Part shown: positions 28,884 to 32,000 of the stretch, one piece after another | Layout: each line of letters starts with the position of its first letter | Position numbering within the stretch: position 1 is the stretch's first letter | Assembly (NCBI RefSeq): GCF_900095195.1 | Contig: NZ_LT606950.1 | Span: 546,164 to 578,163, forward strand | Source of the DNA: Polynucleobacter necessarius | Lineage (GTDB): Bacteria > Pseudomonadota > Gammaproteobacteria > Burkholderiales > Burkholderiaceae | Reading direction: 5' to 3' | Length of the DNA stretch: 32,000 nt | Program-made: the position numbers and the translations under genes | The notes under the pieces: model-generated | Databases searched by the model: none | The model's input: only the letters and a program-made list of their open reading frames with translations | What the model was told of the DNA's origin: nothing

Positions 28884-29006
28884 TCATGTTAAATTACTGC
28901 AGTAGTACCAGTATTTGCACAGATCAATTCGTGAAACGGTACAGCCGTGTAACGGATGGTTATAACCACAGTTTTTATTCGGGAAACCCGATGAAAGGTG
29001 AGCATC

Positions 29007-31865
29007 ATGATGCAGGATCAAAGAGGTAAATCCTATCTCTTCGGCGGAAATGCCCCCTATGTAGAGGAACTCTACGAGTCTTATTTGCACGATCCAAGTT
29101 CTGTAGAGGACCACTGGCGTGATTATTTCGATAACGTGAAACAAATCCCAGCGGTGGATGGTTCAAATCGAACCGACATTGCGCACGGACCAATTGTGGC
29201 GTCTTTTGCTGAGCGCGCCAAACAAGGTCCGATCCGAACGATTTCGGATTCTGCTGATTCAGAAAAAATGGGGCGTAAGCGCGTTGCTGTTCAGCAATTG
29301 ATTGCAGCGTACCGTAACGTTGGCAATCGCTGGGCAAACTTAGATCCTTTGAAGCGCACGGAGCGCCAGGATATTCCTGAGCTTGATCCTGCTTTCTACG
29401 GATTTACGGATGGCGATATGGATATCGTCTTCAATACCAGCAATACATTCTTCGGCAAAAATGAAATGACCCTGCGCGATTTGCTGCAGGCATTACGCGA
29501 AACCTACTGTGGCACGATTGGTGCCGAGTTCATGTTTATCGCTGATCAAAAGATCAAAAAATGGTGGCAAGAGAAGTTGGAGTCTATTCGCTCGACACCC
29601 CAATTTAATGTAGAAGAAAAGCGCCAGATTTTGGATCGCTTGACCGCTGCAGAGGGTCTGGAGCGCTATCTCCAAGCCAAATACGTTGGTCAAAAGCGTT
29701 TCTCCCTTGAGGGCGGTGAAAGCTTTATTGCCTGTATGGATGAGTTGATCCGTGATGCAGGTAGCCGCGGCGTACAGGAGATTGTGATTGGTATGGCCCA
29801 CCGTGGTCGTCTGAATGTTCTTGTAAACACCTTGGGCAAAATGCCCAAAGATTTATTTGCTGAATTTGAACACAAAGGTCCCGAGACATTGCCTGCTGGT
29901 GACGTCAAATATCACCAAGGTTTCTCGAGTGACATTTCGACTCCAGGCGGTCCCGTTCACTTATCGTTGGCATTTAATCCATCCCACTTAGAAATCGTTA
30001 ACCCAGTGGTTGAGGGCTCTGCGCGTGCGCGTATGGAGCGTCGTGGCGATATGTTGGGTGAACAAGTGATGCCAGTATTGGTGCACGGTGACACTGCGAT
30101 CGCTGGTCAAGGTGTGATGCAAGAGACTCTGGCAATGTCTGAGGTTCGCGGTTACTCAACCGGCGGTACAGTTCACATTGTGATCAACAACCAGATTGGT
30201 TTCACCACATCTGATCCCCGTGACTTGCGTTCGAGCTTGTACTGTACGGATATCATGAAGGTGGTCGATGCCCCAGTATTGCACGTCAATGGGGATGATC
30301 CTGAGGCAGTAGTTCTGGCGACGAAATTGGCAGTTGAGTTCCGCACGAAGTTCCATAAAGATGTTGCCATCGACATTATCTGTTTCCGCAAACTGGGTCA
30401 CAACGAACAAGATACGCCAGCCATGACTCAGCCGTTGATGTACAAGGTCATTGGCGCACACCCAGGTACCCGCAAACTGTATGCCGACCGCTTAGAAACT
30501 CAGGGCGTCTTGCCTGCAGGTACTGGCGATTTAATGGTGAAAGAGTACCGCGCTGCAATGGATGCCGGTAAACAAACCTCTGATCCAGTGCTCAGTAATT
30601 TCAAGGGCAAGTTTGCGGTGGATTGGTCCCCATTCCTAAATAAGAAGTGGACTGATGAAGCGGATACCTCCATTCCATTAACCGAGTGGAGGCGCTTGGC
30701 AGAAAAGATTTCTACCATCCCAGGGGGCTTTAAAGCGCACCCACTGGTAGCGAAGGTCTACAACGACCGCGCTGCGATGGGTCGCGGTGAAGCGAATATC
30801 GACTGGGGTATGGGCGAGCATATAGCTTTTGCTTCTCTGGTTGCAAGCGGCTATCCAATTCGTCTATCGGGCGAGGATAGTGGTCGCGGTACCTTTACTC
30901 ACCGTCATGCGGTATTGCATGAGCAAAACCGCGAGAAGTGGGATACCGGTACCTACATTGCGCTTCAGCATGTAACCAAAGATCAAGCCCCATTTACAGT
31001 GATTGACTCGATTCTGTCTGAAGAAGCAGTTCTTGGTTTTGAATATGGTTACGCGGCTGCAGAGCCAAATACGTTGACCATTTGGGAAGCCCAGTTTGGT
31101 GACTTTGCCAATGGCGCACAGGTAGTGATTGACCAGTTCATCGCCTCGGGTGAGGTGAAGTGGGGTCGCGCAAACGGTTTGGTCATGATGTTGCCGCACG
31201 GCTATGAAGGTCAGGGTCCTGAGCACTCTTCAGCACGTCTTGAGCGCTTCATGCAGTTGTGTGCTGATACCAATATGCAGGTGATTCAGCCAACTACGGC
31301 GTCTCAAATCTTCCACGTATTGCGTCGTCAAATGATTCGCCAGTTCCGTAAGCCGTTGGTATTGTTTACGCCAAAATCGTTGTTGCGTAATAAGGATGCT
31401 GCATCACCACTTTCAGAGTTTACGAAGGGCGGCTTCCAAACCGTCATCGGCGAACGCGACGACACCATAGATGCGAAGAAAGTGACTCGCATGATTATGT
31501 GTTCAGGCAGGGTCTACTATGACTTAGTCAAGCAGCGCACAGAGAAGAAGTCAGGGGATGTGGCGATTATTCGTTTGGAGCAGTTGTATCCTTTCCCACA
31601 TAAAGCGCTCACTGCTGAACTGAAGAAATATCCAAAGCTGGAAGAGATTGTTTGGTGTCAGGATGAGCCACAAAATCAGGGTGCATGGTTCTTTGTCCAG
31701 CACAATATCTTGGAGAACATGTCTGATGGTATGAAGTTAGGTTATGCAGGGCGTCCTGCATCAGCTTCACCTGCTTGCGGATATGCTCATTTGCACCAAG
31801 AGCAGCAGAAGTCTCTTCTCAATGCGGCATTTGCCAAATTAAAAGGTTACGTGATCACGAAATAA
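29007..31865 (+). CDS. sucA: 2-oxoglutarate dehydrogenase E1 component
   Basis: The ORF-track ORF starts at GTG 28998. ATG 29007 has an 'aggtga' SD about 6 nt upstream. Motifs are 'SYLFGGNAPYVEELYESYL', 'GMAHRGRLNVLVN', 'HGDTAIAGQGVMQETL' and 'WEAQFGDFANGAQVVIDQF'. About 952 aa. Confidence 0.95.
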   Translation: MMQDQRGKSYLFGGNAPYVEELYESYLHDPSSVEDHWRDYFDNVKQIPAVDGSNRTDIAHGPIVASFAERAKQGPIRTISDSADSEKMGRKRVAVQQLIAAYRNVGNRWANLDPLKRTERQDIPELDPAFYGFTDGDMDIVFNTSNTFFGKNEMTLRDLLQALRETYCGTIGAEFMFIADQKIKKWWQEKLESIRSTPQFNVEEKRQILDRLTAAEGLERYLQAKYVGQKRFSLEGGESFIACMDELIRDAGSRGVQEIVIGMAHRGRLNVLVNTLGKMPKDLFAEFEHKGPETLPAGDVKYHQGFSSDISTPGGPVHLSLAFNPSHLEIVNPVVEGSARARMERRGDMLGEQVMPVLVHGDTAIAGQGVMQETLAMSEVRGYSTGGTVHIVINNQIGFTTSDPRDLRSSLYCTDIMKVVDAPVLHVNGDDPEAVVLATKLAVEFRTKFHKDVAIDIICFRKLGHNEQDTPAMTQPLMYKVIGAHPGTRKLYADRLETQGVLPAGTGDLMVKEYRAAMDAGKQTSDPVLSNFKGKFAVDWSPFLNKKWTDEADTSIPLTEWRRLAEKISTIPGGFKAHPLVAKVYNDRAAMGRGEANIDWGMGEHIAFASLVASGYPIRLSGEDSGRGTFTHRHAVLHEQNREKWDTGTYIALQHVTKDQAPFTVIDSILSEEAVLGFEYGYAAAEPNTLTIWEAQFGDFANGAQVVIDQFIASGEVKWGRANGLVMMLPHGYEGQGPEHSSARLERFMQLCADTNMQVIQPTTASQIFHVLRRQMIRQFRKPLVLFTPKSLLRNKDAASPLSEFTKGGFQTVIGERDDTIDAKKVTRMIMCSGRVYYDLVKQRTEKKSGDVAIIRLEQLYPFPHKALTAELKKYPKLEEIVWCQDEPQNQGAWFFVQHNILENMSDGMKLGYAGRPASASPACGYAHLHQEQQKSLLNAAFAKLKGYVITK

Positions 31866-31909
31866 TCGTCTTCATTACTCAACATACATATCAATAAGCA
31901 AGATTAATC

Positions 31910-32000
31910 ATGGCTATTTTTGAAGTTAAAGTTCCACAACTCTCCGAATCTGTTGCTGAAGCAACATTGTTGCAATGGAAAAAGAAAGTCGGCGATGCTG
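31910..32000 (+). CDS. sucB: dihydrolipoyllysine-residue succinyltransferase (E2o), 5' partial at the window edge
   Basis: Hand translation from the ATG at 31910 gives 'MAIFEVKVPQLSESVAEATLLQWKKKVGDA', the canonical start of a lipoyl domain. It lies immediately downstream of sucA. Confidence 0.85.
   Translation, partial: MAIFEVKVPQLSESVAEATLLQWKKKVGDA

Overview
This window looks like a core-chromosome segment of a Burkholderiales-type betaproteobacterium. The evidence is gene order: spoT/greB/tRNA-Arg, ilvI-ilvH-ilvC-psd-pssA-leuA, an ECF sigma-DUF3619-DUF3106-RDD operon, and sucA-sucB. I recognise 18 apparently intact protein genes and one tRNA. These cover stringent response, sugar-phosphate interconversion, branched-chain amino-acid synthesis, phospholipid synthesis and the 2-oxoglutarate dehydrogenase complex. 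The most notable feature is not a new gene system but heavy gene decay. Eleven genes are interrupted by frameshifts, in-frame stops or deletions: nadA, nadC, nadB, formate dehydrogenase alpha, three members of an Mce/Mla-type ABC operon, a TctC/Bug binding protein, a YbbP/FtsX-type permease, an ECF sigma factor and an H-NS-like gene. Together they cover roughly 11.9 kb of the 32 kb by my coordinates. Eight of them form an uninterrupted 8.7-kb block (5952-14615). I saw no IS elements, phage genes, CRISPR arrays, toxin-antitoxin pairs or defence-island-like content. The pattern fits ongoing reductive evolution of a host-restricted lineage. A Polynucleobacter-like obligate symbiont is my guess from gene order and apparently modest GC, and I could not verify it without a database search. 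Secondary observations are a leuL-like leucine-rich leader peptide with an intrinsic terminator upstream of leuA, and an orphan HTH regulator with a degenerate receiver-like domain divergent from sucA. There are also two deletion junctions that fuse unrelated gene fragments, and a 17-bp tandem duplication at the greB 3' end. I found no convincing evidence for a previously undescribed multi-gene system. All homology statements rest on motif recognition by eye and need BLAST/HMM confirmation.
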